NCBI GenBank assembly: GCA_045117995.1
Contig: JBGUOH010000003.1
Location: 32,374 to 96,373, forward strand
DNA: 64,000 bases
Direction: 5' to 3'
From: Bacilli bacterium
GTDB lineage: Bacteria; Bacillota_I; Bacilli_A; RFN20; CAG-826
Under the pieces are notes generated by a model. The model was not told the origin of the DNA and ran no database searches. It saw nothing but the letters and a program-made list of their open reading frames with translations. This document shows positions 49,431 through 60,511 of this stretch, one piece after another. Each line of letters begins with the position of its first letter. Position 1 is the stretch's first letter. The position numbers and the translations under genes were made by a program.

Positions 49431-50532
49431 CTAAATCAATTAAGGTCTCATCTTTAAGCAAATTTTCTAAATCATTAACGTCACGTAAAGTGATGTTTTT
49501 TGTTTTTTGATAAAAGTTATTAATCACTCTATCAGTAGGGGTTCTTGCGTGCTTATAAGCCTTTTCGTCTAATCCCTCTAAGGACTCTTCGATTAAAGTA
49601 ATCATACATCTACGAAGTAAAGCGATTAATGAAGTCTCTAACCAGCAATCAATGCTCTTATTAATACGTTTTAGTTTGATAAATAACTCTAAACCATCCT
49701 CAGGAGCGTGCCATAAGTCCGCGAAGATATAGTCATATTTCATTTTATTCACAAAATAGCTAATCGCATCATCAGGAATAATGGTGATTTTGTTTTTATT
49801 CTTAAATGATGGGAATAAGACTTTATTAAATAAATTAATAATATTTCTATCTTTTTCGATAATTGTGATGTGCTTAACTTCAGGCTTATCTGACATCATG
49901 AATGGAACATAACCCATACCTAGGCCAAGCACTAAAACTTCGCCTTTAGCCTTTTCAATAAATGGCTTCATGGTTTCGATTTCATTAGGGTTTAGCGACA
50001 TCCAAACGTTATTGCCTTGACATAACGCTAAATAGGAGAACTTTTCCTTAAAGAAACCAATATTGCTAAATTCTTGATACTTATCATTCACATTGATTTC
50101 ATCGTATGGGAATGTTTGATATGGTTCATAGCTAATCTTTCTCACCGTATAACCATTATAGTTACCTGTAACGTTTACTCTTTTAGCGTATTCATCGTTT
50201 TCATAGACTTTATGATCTAAACATTTAATTCTGTCGTAGCAGAACTCTTTTAAGATGTCGTATGTCTCTTTGTCATCTTTATCCAAGTTAAATGTTTCAA
50301 ACATCATATCAAGCATTGCGTCTTGAGTGGTCTTACCCGCTTTTTCGTATTGTTTAATTTTATTAACATCAAAAAAGTCTGTGTAGTTACACGCTTCGCT
50401 TAATAAGTCCGCTGCCCAAGTATTAATTTGGTTGGTTTTGATGATGTCATCTATACGATCTTTTAGAAAGATATTATCGGTAATTTTCATACTTTTATGA
50501 TACAACAGATATACGTATAATATGTATATCAA
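49423..50532 (-). CDS. spermidine-synthase-like / class I SAM-MTase-fold protein
   Basis: 'VLVLGLGMGY' G-rich loop, 'ITIIEKD', 'YDYIFADLW' resemble the polyamine aminopropyltransferase fold. Confidence 0.35.
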   Translation of the reverse strand: MIYILYVYLLYHKSMKITDNIFLKDRIDDIIKTNQINTWAADLLSEACNYTDFFDVNKIKQYEKAGKTTQDAMLDMMFETFNLDKDDKETYDILKEFCYDRIKCLDHKVYENDEYAKRVNVTGNYNGYTVRKISYEPYQTFPYDEINVNDKYQEFSNIGFFKEKFSYLALCQGNNVWMSLNPNEIETMKPFIEKAKGEVLVLGLGMGYVPFMMSDKPEVKHITIIEKDRNIINLFNKVLFPSFKNKNKITIIPDDAISYFVNKMKYDYIFADLWHAPEDGLELFIKLKRINKSIDCWLETSLIALLRRCMITLIEESLEGLDEKAYKHARTPTDRVINNFYQKTKNITLRDVNDLENLLKDETLIDLAI

Positions 50533-50542
50533 TTAGAGGGAA

Positions 50543-52222
50543 TTGTTTATGAAGAAGTTTTTTAAGGGTTTATTAATCACCCTTGTTGTACTAATTATCT
50601 TACCTATCGCCTTGCTATTTATCTTTGTCTTTGACACCGGTAGAATGGCGGTCACATATGATGATAACTTTACTCAAGAAGCGATGACTAAGAAATTAGC
50701 CGTTGATTCTTTAGACCACACTGTCGATGAAAAACTCGTCAAATTCTCTCTTACTGAGCAAGATATCAATAACTACATTTACGCTGCGATTAAAGATAAC
50801 GATAAGTTAAATAAATACTTAACTCAACTCGCTATCGACATCAAAGATGATTCCTATGTTTTAAATGTTTCTGGTAAAGCCTGGTTCTTTGAAACAAGAG
50901 CGAAATTAACCACAACATTATCTAAAGAAACAGTCGTGTCCGCGGATGGAGAAAAAGAAGCCTTTGTTTTAACTGTTAAGAAAATGACTTTAGGTCGTTT
51001 AACAAAGTTAAAAGAAGTCATTTCCTTCTTCCTTTCTAGATACATTAATAATGAAACAATTGATGCATTAACCGCGGCGATTCACTTACATTCTGATTTA
51101 AAGAATTCCAAACTCTTCATCTACACTGAAGACTTAAGAGAAATGATTAATAAAGGCATCAGTGGTGGTTCAGGTTCCTCTGATTTCTACTTCTCATTTA
51201 TTAATGACTTCTTAGATTTAAATCTCATTAAAATCGATTTCTACGGTGGTGAATCCATCAATATTGACGTTAACTTAGAAAGGTTAACCGGTAATGATTA
51301 CGATGCTTCTTTAGGCGAAAACGTCTATTACCCAATGAACTATGACGCCACTACAACAAAGCTCACCATTAATGGCGAAGAAAAGAAATTATCTTTAGAT
51401 GTCATTAGAGAAGCTCTTGTCTCACTTATGAACCAACAATTAATCAACACCAGCAACCTTAACGCTGTCAGTGATTATTTATTCCATGGTTATAACGGCA
51501 CTAATGCTCCTGAAGCTAACTTAACTTCGATTGGCATTCCAGTTAAAGAAACATATAAAGGCTTTAACCTTGTTACTTCAGAAGACATTGACGTCATCCT
51601 CGCCAATGCGATTAGTACATTCGATGGTTATTCCCTCTCATTAAATAGCTTTGATATCGCTAAATTAAAAGAAAGCGAAATCAATCTCTTCATGAAGACA
51701 CAAAGTGCTTTAGGTCATAAGTTCTTCTTACAACGTGAAGTTGCTGATGGTCAAAACAAGATTAACTATATCGCTTTAGATAATGCTTATATGAACCTTT
51801 ATGGTGACGCTGCTATCATCAGTGTGGGTCTTAACATCAATGGTTTAGAAACATGGACCACATTAAAGATGGACGCTGATAAGAGCAATACTGATACTCA
51901 TAAGTTAGTCTACAAGCCAGCAGATCTCTACTTTGGTAAAGCTAGTGAAAAACTTACCGTTAGTGATGAATCTAAGAAAGTCATCTATGAAACACTCGCA
52001 GAAGCCGTTAACCAATCTTCTTTCAAATTTGAAAGAGATGGCACAATGACAATCTCCTTTGATTCATTATTTACCAACGCAGTTAATAGCATTGATACAT
52101 CTAACCCAATCATGGCCCAATACAAAACATTCCTTCAAAACAACGCTGATATCAGTGTGATGATTGAAGGTGACGCTGTGACTGATAACTCAACAGTTAA
52201 GATTCAAGCGGTTCGTAAATAA
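50543..52222 (+). CDS. N-terminally membrane-anchored hypothetical protein
   Basis: 559 aa, single N-terminal TM 'GLLITLVVLIILPIALLFIFVF'. Confidence 0.4.
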   Translation: MFMKKFFKGLLITLVVLIILPIALLFIFVFDTGRMAVTYDDNFTQEAMTKKLAVDSLDHTVDEKLVKFSLTEQDINNYIYAAIKDNDKLNKYLTQLAIDIKDDSYVLNVSGKAWFFETRAKLTTTLSKETVVSADGEKEAFVLTVKKMTLGRLTKLKEVISFFLSRYINNETIDALTAAIHLHSDLKNSKLFIYTEDLREMINKGISGGSGSSDFYFSFINDFLDLNLIKIDFYGGESINIDVNLERLTGNDYDASLGENVYYPMNYDATTTKLTINGEEKKLSLDVIREALVSLMNQQLINTSNLNAVSDYLFHGYNGTNAPEANLTSIGIPVKETYKGFNLVTSEDIDVILANAISTFDGYSLSLNSFDIAKLKESEINLFMKTQSALGHKFFLQREVADGQNKINYIALDNAYMNLYGDAAIISVGLNINGLETWTTLKMDADKSNTDTHKLVYKPADLYFGKASEKLTVSDESKKVIYETLAEAVNQSSFKFERDGTMTISFDSLFTNAVNSIDTSNPIMAQYKTFLQNNADISVMIEGDAVTDNSTVKIQAVRK

Positions 52223-52223
52223 C

Positions 52224-52667
52224 TTAAATATTCTTAAATATATCGTGAATACAGTCTGTGATTTCATCGCAGACTTTTTCATATCTTCCTGTATACCAAG
52301 GATCTTCAATCTCATAGATACGAGGAGTGTATTTATTAATGCGATAAATAATGTTTTTGTGATTATCTAATTGTCTTAAAAGAGAATAGTAGTTTTCATC
52401 ATCCATACAAAAGATGTAATCCGCTTCTTCATAGTCTCTTTGTCTAATTCTTGTTGCAGCGTGAGGATATAAAGTAATGCCTCTTCTATATAGTTCTCTT
52501 TTCATTGGAGGATAGACATCGTTACCAATTTCTTCAGAGGATGTCGCTCTGATAGAAATATTGAATTCTCTATCACGTCCTTGCTCTTTTAGGTATTGTT
52601 TCGCAATGAAAGCCGCAGCAGGGCTACGGCAAATAGAACCATGACAAACAAAGATAATGTTCTTCAT
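52224..52667 (-). CDS. low-molecular-weight protein-tyrosine-phosphatase family protein (LMW-PTP/ArsC-like)
   Basis: 'IIFVCHGSICRSPAA' C-x5-R(S) P-loop; 147 aa. Confidence 0.65.
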   Translation of the reverse strand: MKNIIFVCHGSICRSPAAAFIAKQYLKEQGRDREFNISIRATSSEEIGNDVYPPMKRELYRRGITLYPHAATRIRQRDYEEADYIFCMDDENYYSLLRQLDNHKNIIYRINKYTPRIYEIEDPWYTGRYEKVCDEITDCIHDIFKNI

Positions 52668-54715
52668 TATTCGAGTTCAAACGCTCCAGTATAGAGTTGA
52701 TAGTAATAGCCTTTTTCGGCAATTAAGGATTCGTGATTACCTCTTTCGATAATCTCGCCTTTATCTAAGACTAAAATATAGTCAGCATTTTGAATGGTGC
52801 TTAATCTATGGGCAATAACGAATGTTGTTCTACCTTTCATTAATTGATCCATACCTTGTTGGACAAGTCTTTCAGTTCTGGTATCAATAGAAGATGTCGC
52901 TTCGTCTAAAATCATGACAGGGGCATCCGCGATAGCCGCTCTAGCGATAGAGATTAATTGTCTTTGACCTTGTGAGAGGTTTGCGCCATCACCAGAAAGA
53001 ACAGTGTTGAAGCCTTGTGGTAATCTCATAATGAAATCATAAGCATTAGCGATTTTCGCAGCTTCATAGACTTCTTCATCAGTTGCATCTAATCGACCAT
53101 ATCTAATATTTTCCATGACAGTACCTGTGAACAAGTTCACATCTTGTAAAATCACGCCTAAAGAGTGACGTAAGTCGTCTTTCTTGATCTTATTGATATT
53201 TATGCCGTCGTATCTGATTTTGCCGTCCGCAATGTCATAGAAACGGTTAATTAAGTTTGTAATAGTGGTCTTGCCCGCACCAGTAGCGCCCACTAACGCG
53301 ATTTGTTGACCTGGGTGAGCGTATACAGAGACGTTCTTAAGAACAATCTTCTTACCATCATAAGAGAAGTCAATATCGTCAATAACGATATCACCCTTAA
53401 GTTCAGTATATGTTAATGTACCATCCGCTTTATGTGGATGTTTCCAAGCGTAGTATCTTGTCTTTTCAGATGTTTCAACGAACGAACCGTCTTCGTTATA
53501 TTTGATGTTTACTAAAGTAACATAGCCTTCATCTGTTTCGACTTTTTCATCAATGATATCAAAACATCTTGATGCACCAGCAGTGCCCATAACCACGAAT
53601 GTCACTTGTTGTGAGAAGTTGGAAATATTTTGTGTGAACATTCTGGATAACATTAAGAATGGAACGAGTAAGTTGGAATAGAAGTCATCCGCTTCGATTT
53701 TATCGAAACCACCGATGAGTTTAAGGTTGAATGTTTCAACGTGATAAATCTTTGGTAAGAGGTATAAGACACAACCTAGGATAACAATTAAGGCATACAT
53801 AAAGTTACCAATATTACCATTGATTGGCATCATGATATTGCCATGTATATTCGCGGTACTGGCGTTTTGATATAATTCATCATTCACGACATCAAAGTCT
53901 TTTAAACTATCTTCTTCGTGAGTGAACACTTTAATAACTTTTAAGCCAGTAATACTTTCTTCAATATTACCTTCGACTTTACCCAAGCTCTTTTGTTGGG
54001 CAACAAAGTATTTCGATGCACGTCCCCCGATAATTTTAGTATTAAAGACCATCGCGATAGCGCCTAAGATAACAATTAATGTCATCCAAATAGAGAACAT
54101 CAACATAATCATTAACGCACTGACAGCGGTAATACCTGTCGCAAAGATATTTGGAAGAGATTGAGAGATTAATTGTCTAATGGTATCGATATCGTTAGTG
54201 TATAACGACATAATCGCACCGTTTTGGTGTGTATCAAAATATTTGATAGGAAGCTTTTGCATATGAGAGAACATCTCAATACGGAAAAGGTTCAAATACT
54301 TCTGTGTCACAATAGCCATGGTTCTATTCCATGTCCATGAGCAAATAACACCTAAACCATAAATACAGATTAAGGCGATTAATAAACCAGTTAAATTCGC
54401 TCTGATTGGGAAAGTACCAAACAAAGCAATATCAAACATATCGGTAAAGAGATTAACGCTACCGATTGGGTTATTCGCTGGAATTGCTTTAGTTAATAAA
54501 TCAGTAATTAAGCTAGCGAAAATACTACCACATAAGTTAACAGCGATAGAGAGGATGAGAGTAACTAAAGAAAGAATAAGTTCTAACTTAAAGTTCTTCC
54601 ATAAAGATTTGAATAATCTTTTAATGGTGCCTTTTTTAGGTTTAGCGTATTGCTTAATCGCAGGACCTGGCATATTATTCTCCTCCTTTCTGTGTTTGTG
54701 ATTGATAAACTTCAC
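52667..54715 (-). CDS. ABC transporter, fused permease/ATP-binding (exporter type)
   Basis: TMD followed by Walker A 'GATGAGKTT', signature 'LSQGQRQ', Walker B 'ILDEATS'. Confidence 0.8.
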   Translation of the reverse strand: MKFINHKHRKEENNMPGPAIKQYAKPKKGTIKRLFKSLWKNFKLELILSLVTLILSIAVNLCGSIFASLITDLLTKAIPANNPIGSVNLFTDMFDIALFGTFPIRANLTGLLIALICIYGLGVICSWTWNRTMAIVTQKYLNLFRIEMFSHMQKLPIKYFDTHQNGAIMSLYTNDIDTIRQLISQSLPNIFATGITAVSALMIMLMFSIWMTLIVILGAIAMVFNTKIIGGRASKYFVAQQKSLGKVEGNIEESITGLKVIKVFTHEEDSLKDFDVVNDELYQNASTANIHGNIMMPINGNIGNFMYALIVILGCVLYLLPKIYHVETFNLKLIGGFDKIEADDFYSNLLVPFLMLSRMFTQNISNFSQQVTFVVMGTAGASRCFDIIDEKVETDEGYVTLVNIKYNEDGSFVETSEKTRYYAWKHPHKADGTLTYTELKGDIVIDDIDFSYDGKKIVLKNVSVYAHPGQQIALVGATGAGKTTITNLINRFYDIADGKIRYDGININKIKKDDLRHSLGVILQDVNLFTGTVMENIRYGRLDATDEEVYEAAKIANAYDFIMRLPQGFNTVLSGDGANLSQGQRQLISIARAAIADAPVMILDEATSSIDTRTERLVQQGMDQLMKGRTTFVIAHRLSTIQNADYILVLDKGEIIERGNHESLIAEKGYYYQLYTGAFELE

Positions 54716-56540
54716 GATAAATTTCGTTATTCTTCAATAACTCTTCGTGAGTACCAACACCGTTAATTTCACCGTTATCTAAAACAATGATTTGATCAGC
54801 TTCTTCAATAGAGCTAATTCTTTGAGCAATGACAATTTTTGTCATGTTTGGTAAATCATTCTTTAAAGCAGTTCTAATTAATCTATCTGTTCTTGTATCA
54901 ACAGCGGAAGTGGAGTCATCTAATATTAAAATCTTAGGAGACTTTAATAACGCTCTTGCGATACACAATCTTTGTTTTTGACCACCAGAGAAGTTAGCGC
55001 CACCTTGTTCAACGACTTTATCAAGTCTTTCTTTAGTGGCTTCAATGGTTTCAGAGATTTGGGCCACTCTTAAAGCGGCAATCATTTCTTCTTCGGTCGC
55101 GTCCTTATTACCCCAACGCATATTAGAGGCCACTGTACCAGAGAACAAGAAGTTCTTTTGTAAGACAACAGAAACAGAATCTCTTAATGTTTTGAGGTCG
55201 TAATCTTTAACGTCTTTACCGCCCACTAAAACACGTCCGTCAGTGGTGTCATATAATCTAGAAATCAAATTAACTAATGTGGATTTACCGGAACCGGTGG
55301 AACCGATAATACCAACGAATTGACCAGACTTAATATTGATATTTAAGTTACTAACTGCATAACGTTCCGCTTCTTTTTTATATTTGAAGGAAACATTATC
55401 AAAGACAACAGAACCATCTTCTACAGCCATCACTGGTTCTTCTGGGTTCTTAATTGTTGGTTCTTCGTCAAGCACTTCACCAATACGTCTAATAGATTCA
55501 AAGGACATGACTAACATTGTGACAATCATGGAGATCATCATAATGGACATTAAGATTTGAATGCCGTATGTAAGTAACGCTGACATTTGAGGAATGGATA
55601 AATCACCCCAGTTATAGCCCCAGATGATTTGACCATCTTCAGTTCTTTTACCAGTATCAAATGCGGAAGCAGTATTGAAGATTAAGATACCGGAAAGGAA
55701 CATTGTTAATAAATAAACAACGTGAATAGATGTATTCATTAAAGGAGTCATTAAAGCGACAATCTTCTCCGCTTTAATAAAGTCCTTCGATAAATTATTA
55801 GAGGCAGTGGAGAACTTGTTGTCTTCATATTCTTCTCTAACGAATGATTTAACAACGCGCATACCTGCGACGTTTTCTTGCACGGATTCATTCAAAGCGT
55901 CATAACGCTTAAAGACTCTTCTGAAGATACCCATTGCTAATCTAGCAAGGACAATGAAGATAAGGCCGATAACTGGAATAGCAATAACGAAGATCCACGC
56001 CATATTGCCACCGACAATAAACGCCATAATCGCAGAGAAGATGAGCATTAATGGTGCTCTAACGACAATTCTAATCGCCATAGCGAATGAGTTTTGTGCG
56101 TTAGTGACGTCTGTGGTCATTCTAGTGACTAAGCTAGAAGCATGGAAATGGTCGATATTCTCAAATGAGAATGATTCGACTTTCGCATATAAATCTCTTC
56201 TTAAGTTTTTAGCAAAACCTGAGGAAGCATAGGAGGCAAATCTACCGCCTAAAATACCACAGGTAATAGATACGATAGTCATGGCGAAAATCAAAATGAA
56301 ATAAGGCACTAATTCTTCAATGCCATTAACTTTTTCAATCTTACCAACGAATTCAGACATGACATATGGTAAGAAACACTCAACAGCGGCCTCACCAATC
56401 ATGAATAAAGGAGTGATAATAGCGAATATTTTATATTCCCTGACGCTTTTCAAGACTCTAAGTATTGATTTAAACATCTTTTCTCCCTCCTTTTTATCTT
56501 CATGCTCAAAAATTGTAAAGTTCGATAACGAACTTGTCAA
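54675..56540 (-). CDS. ABC transporter, fused permease/ATP-binding (heterodimer partner)
   Basis: 'GSTGSGKST', 'FSGGQKQR', 'ILDDSTSAVD'; overlaps partner by 41 nt. Confidence 0.8.
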   Translation of the reverse strand: MTSSLSNFTIFEHEDKKEGEKMFKSILRVLKSVREYKIFAIITPLFMIGEAAVECFLPYVMSEFVGKIEKVNGIEELVPYFILIFAMTIVSITCGILGGRFASYASSGFAKNLRRDLYAKVESFSFENIDHFHASSLVTRMTTDVTNAQNSFAMAIRIVVRAPLMLIFSAIMAFIVGGNMAWIFVIAIPVIGLIFIVLARLAMGIFRRVFKRYDALNESVQENVAGMRVVKSFVREEYEDNKFSTASNNLSKDFIKAEKIVALMTPLMNTSIHVVYLLTMFLSGILIFNTASAFDTGKRTEDGQIIWGYNWGDLSIPQMSALLTYGIQILMSIMMISMIVTMLVMSFESIRRIGEVLDEEPTIKNPEEPVMAVEDGSVVFDNVSFKYKKEAERYAVSNLNINIKSGQFVGIIGSTGSGKSTLVNLISRLYDTTDGRVLVGGKDVKDYDLKTLRDSVSVVLQKNFLFSGTVASNMRWGNKDATEEEMIAALRVAQISETIEATKERLDKVVEQGGANFSGGQKQRLCIARALLKSPKILILDDSTSAVDTRTDRLIRTALKNDLPNMTKIVIAQRISSIEEADQIIVLDNGEINGVGTHEELLKNNEIYREVYQSQTQKGGE

Positions 56541-56584
56541 TCAAAATGCACACATATGAGCAAAAGTTGTATAATTAAGGAGCT

Positions 56585-57694
56585 ATGAAAACTAATTATG
56601 ATTATCTAATTGTTGGCGCTGGTTTATATGGCGCTGTTGCCGCTCATGAATTAAATAAGCGCGGCTATAAAGTACTCGTTGTTGAAAAAAGAAATAACAT
56701 CGCGGGTAATATCTACACTGAAGAAATTGAAGGTATCCAAGTTCATAAATATGGTCCACACATCTTCCATACTTCCAAGAAAGAAATCTGGGACTATGTT
56801 AATCAATTTGCGAAGTTCAATGACTTCATCAATATGCCTTTAGCGTTCTATAAAGACAAATACTACAACATGCCTTTTAACATGAACACTTTCCATCAAA
56901 TTTTTGGGGTGAATACCGCAGAAGAAGCGAAGGCGTGTATCGAAAAAGAGATTAAAGAAGCTAACATCAAGGAACCAAAAAACCTTGAAGAAAAAGCTAT
57001 CTCCATGGTGGGCACAACCATCTATGAAATGCTCATTAAAGGCTATACCCAAAAACAATGGGGTAGACCATGTAATGAACTCCCACCATTCATCATCACC
57101 CGTTTACCAGTGAGATATGAATACAATAACAACTACTTCAATGATATCTATCAAGGTATCCCAATCGGTGGTTACACCAAATGGATTGAAAATATGCTTA
57201 AAGGCATTGAAGTGAGATTAGGTGTTGATTACTTAGAACACAAAGAAGAATTAAACAAACTCGCTGATAAGATTATCTATACTGGTGAGATTGATAAGTT
57301 CTTTGATTACAAATATGGCGCTCTTGAATGGAGATCATTAAGATTTGAAGAAGAAATCATCGATAAGCCAGATTATCAAGGTAACGCTGTTGTTAACTAC
57401 ACAGAATTTGAAGTTCCATATACTCGTATCGCAGAACATCAATACTTTGAACCAGGACAAAAACACAATAAAACTGTCATCACTAAAGAATATTCCAAAA
57501 CATGGACTTTAGGGGATGAAGCTTACTACCCTATTAATAACGAACGAAATAGTGTGCTATACTCAAAATATCAAGAGCTCGCCAAAGAAAATCCAAATGT
57601 CTACTTTGGTGGTCGCTTAGGCACCTATTCCTACTACAACATGGACGTGGTAGTAGAGAAGGCTTTGCAATTAGTAGAGTCATTAATTCATTAA
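56585..57694 (+). CDS. glf: UDP-galactopyranose mutase
   Basis: 'YDYLIVGAGLYGAVAA' FAD-binding start and 'HKYGPHIFHT' typical of Glf; 369 aa. Confidence 0.85.
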   Translation: MKTNYDYLIVGAGLYGAVAAHELNKRGYKVLVVEKRNNIAGNIYTEEIEGIQVHKYGPHIFHTSKKEIWDYVNQFAKFNDFINMPLAFYKDKYYNMPFNMNTFHQIFGVNTAEEAKACIEKEIKEANIKEPKNLEEKAISMVGTTIYEMLIKGYTQKQWGRPCNELPPFIITRLPVRYEYNNNYFNDIYQGIPIGGYTKWIENMLKGIEVRLGVDYLEHKEELNKLADKIIYTGEIDKFFDYKYGALEWRSLRFEEEIIDKPDYQGNAVVNYTEFEVPYTRIAEHQYFEPGQKHNKTVITKEYSKTWTLGDEAYYPINNERNSVLYSKYQELAKENPNVYFGGRLGTYSYYNMDVVVEKALQLVESLIH

Positions 57695-57762
57695 TTAACT
57701 TGCTTAAATATTCAACTTTACTATAATGTGTAAGGGCTGAGGGCCAGTTAAAAACGAAAATT

Positions 57763-58797
57763 ATGAAATACATTACATTTACGATCCCATGCTATAACTC
57801 CCAAGATTATATGCGCCACTGTATCGATAATCTCGTTGCAGCAGGTGATGAAGTCGAAGTCATCATCGTCAATGACGGTAGCAAGGACGACACAGGTAAA
57901 ATTGCTGACGAATATGAAAAGAAATATCCAACTATCGTTAAAGCTATTCAAAAAGAGAATGGTGGACATGGTTCTGGTGTTATGGCGGGTATCCGCAATG
58001 CCACCGGTATGTTCTTCAAAGTTGTGGATAGTGACGACTGGGTGGAAACTAAAGATGTTTTAGATATGCTCATGTTAATTAAGAAGCATATCGAAGAAAA
58101 ACAAGATATCGATCTTTATATCACAAACTATGTTTACGAACACGCTGCTGACAATTCTCAATTTGTCATGCATTATCGTAAATGCTTACCACCAGAACAA
58201 ACATTCGCGTGGGAAGATATGAAGCGTGTCAAATTAGAAACAGTCTTCTTAATGCACTCATTAATGTATAGAACTGAGAAATTAAGAGAATCCAAAATGG
58301 AACTCCCAAATCACACCTTCTATGTTGATGACATCTATGCCTATCAACCATTACCATTCATGAAGAAGATTTTCTACCATGATATTGACTTGTATCACTA
58401 TTTCATCGGTAGAGCGGATCAATCTGTTAACTATGGCACAATGTGTAAACGTTACGAACAACAAATGAGAGTGTTCAAGATTATGTTCTGTGCCTACACA
58501 TACGATGAAATCTACAAATTACCATATCACTTAAGAAAATATATGATTAAGTGGTTGATGACTATCTGCGGTGTCACCTTCATGACAATTGTTGGCACTA
58601 AAGAAGATAAGGAAACACGTTGGCAAGCCTTCAAAGAATACTTCAAAGAACTTAAGGCTATCGATAGAAAGTTATATAACAAAATCCGTCATCGTTCCTT
58701 AGCGGCATTCGCCTTCTTCGTTCCTGGATACAACTTAAAGTCATTTGCGTCCAAGAAAGTCTATGGCGTTTACCAAAAGAAATTAAAACTTGGCTAA
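57763..58797 (+). CDS. family 2 glycosyltransferase
   Basis: 'FTIPCYNSQDY', 'IVNDGSKD', 'VVDSDD' GT-A motifs. Confidence 0.65.
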   Translation: MKYITFTIPCYNSQDYMRHCIDNLVAAGDEVEVIIVNDGSKDDTGKIADEYEKKYPTIVKAIQKENGGHGSGVMAGIRNATGMFFKVVDSDDWVETKDVLDMLMLIKKHIEEKQDIDLYITNYVYEHAADNSQFVMHYRKCLPPEQTFAWEDMKRVKLETVFLMHSLMYRTEKLRESKMELPNHTFYVDDIYAYQPLPFMKKIFYHDIDLYHYFIGRADQSVNYGTMCKRYEQQMRVFKIMFCAYTYDEIYKLPYHLRKYMIKWLMTICGVTFMTIVGTKEDKETRWQAFKEYFKELKAIDRKLYNKIRHRSLAAFAFFVPGYNLKSFASKKVYGVYQKKLKLG

Positions 58798-58802
58798 AAG
58801 AA

Positions 58803-58824
58803 AAGCGGTTCAAACCGCTTTTTT
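58803..58824. terminator. bidirectional rho-independent terminator between convergent genes
   Basis: 'agcggtt-caa-accgct' followed by tttttt; A-run on the other side. Confidence 0.6.
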
Positions 58825-58825
58825 C

Positions 58826-60511
58826 TTATAAAGAATCGTTAATATCTTTAATCACAGGAATATCAACTTTAATCTCTCTTCGGTCATATGTCACAAAACC
58901 GTTCATCTCTTCTTCGACATCACTTAATTGAGTGTAGATAAATCCAGACATGCCTTTATCCTTACAAGGTTTGATTTCCTCATTAATAAATCTAATATAT
59001 TCTTTTTGGAAGTCTTCTTTATTGTTAAAAAGTAAGTAAATGAAGCCTTCTTTTTTCTTTGCTTCTTTTAAACGTTTATCAAGGATATAAGCGCCACATT
59101 CTGAACAGACATAGGCTCTTCCTTTGAGTTTATGTTTAGAAGGAACTTTAACTTTCCATTTATAGATATGCATGGATTTAACATCACTGCTTCCTTGGTC
59201 ATGCCAACCTGAAGCGTGGTCATAGATTCTAGTAGGGTCAACAGCCTTTAGTTTTTCATATATTTCTTTCGCATCGAATTGTCCCCAAGCTTCATTGAAA
59301 ATTGTCCAATAAACAATGCATGGACAATTATAGAGAAGGTCAATTGTATCTAAGAATTCTTGGTAAGCTTCTTTTCTACCTTCTTCATTTTCTCTAAAGA
59401 ATTTCTTATAGCGATGGTCGTTAATTTTATATCTCACAAATAGGGGAACTTGGTTAAGCCAGAAATCATATTTTGTACAGCCATTTACAAAGTCTTGCCA
59501 CACGAGTAAACCGAGCCTATCGCAGTGATAATACCACCTCATAGATTCAATCTTAATATGCTTTCTAGAAACGTTAAATCCTAGTGACTTAATGAGGTTA
59601 ATATCATTGATGTAATCTTCATCGCTATTAGGCGTTAACAAACCATCTTGATAATATCCTTGATCGAGCACGCCTTTCATAAAATAAGGTTTATTATTAA
59701 GCGCGATAACTTTCATCCCTTTTTCATTTTGCATTAAAGAAACTTTTCTCATCGCAAAATAAGAAGAAACTTCATCAACATCATTAGAAATAACGAATTC
59801 GTAAAGGTAAGGATTTTCTGGTGACCAGAGAATTGGATTTTCGATTGGAATAATGTTTTCTTTATCCGCTTCGATTTCGTAAATTCGATTATTTAATTTG
59901 AGTTTTGCAGACTTATTGGAAGATTTAAAGCTTAATTTGAGGACTTTTTCATCAATATCTGGCGTAATTTTTAGTTTTTCAATACATCCATCGTTTACGC
60001 TCTCTAACCATACTGGCATATAAATACCAGATTGAGGTTTATACCATATGCCTTCAGGTTTTAAATGTTGCTTTCCTGAGGAGTGATATGAGGCATTTGT
60101 GGTGTCAACCACTCTAACAATAAGTGTACCTTTTCCTTCTTTTAAATATGGTTTAATATCCATTTCAAAAGGTAGGAAACCACCGATGTGTTTCATTACA
60201 AATTGATCATTTACAAATACTTCTGCTATTTGGTCAACTGCACCAAAGTGTAGTATAACTTTATCTTTTATGAAATCACTAGGTAAATCTAAGTTTAATC
60301 TATAGAAAAGATAGTCATCTGGAAGAACGGTTTTATTGACTCCACTCTTATTAACTTCAGGAGAAAATGGCACTAAGATTTGGCCATCAAATTTAGCAGG
60401 AATTTTCTCTTCTTTTCTAATCGCGTATTCCCAGTATCCGTTAAGACAAATATAGGAATCTCTTTTAAATTGAGGACGAGGATATTCACTCAGCGGTTGG
60501 CTTTGATTCAT
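58826..60511 (-). CDS. glycoside hydrolase family 2-like (beta-galactosidase-family)
   Basis: N-terminal 'YPRPQFKRDSYICLNGYWEY' GH2 sugar-binding start; 'WTIFNEAWG' TIM-barrel motif with catalytic-Glu context. Confidence 0.55.
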   Translation of the reverse strand: MNQSQPLSEYPRPQFKRDSYICLNGYWEYAIRKEEKIPAKFDGQILVPFSPEVNKSGVNKTVLPDDYLFYRLNLDLPSDFIKDKVILHFGAVDQIAEVFVNDQFVMKHIGGFLPFEMDIKPYLKEGKGTLIVRVVDTTNASYHSSGKQHLKPEGIWYKPQSGIYMPVWLESVNDGCIEKLKITPDIDEKVLKLSFKSSNKSAKLKLNNRIYEIEADKENIIPIENPILWSPENPYLYEFVISNDVDEVSSYFAMRKVSLMQNEKGMKVIALNNKPYFMKGVLDQGYYQDGLLTPNSDEDYINDINLIKSLGFNVSRKHIKIESMRWYYHCDRLGLLVWQDFVNGCTKYDFWLNQVPLFVRYKINDHRYKKFFRENEEGRKEAYQEFLDTIDLLYNCPCIVYWTIFNEAWGQFDAKEIYEKLKAVDPTRIYDHASGWHDQGSSDVKSMHIYKWKVKVPSKHKLKGRAYVCSECGAYILDKRLKEAKKKEGFIYLLFNNKEDFQKEYIRFINEEIKPCKDKGMSGFIYTQLSDVEEEMNGFVTYDRREIKVDIPVIKDINDSL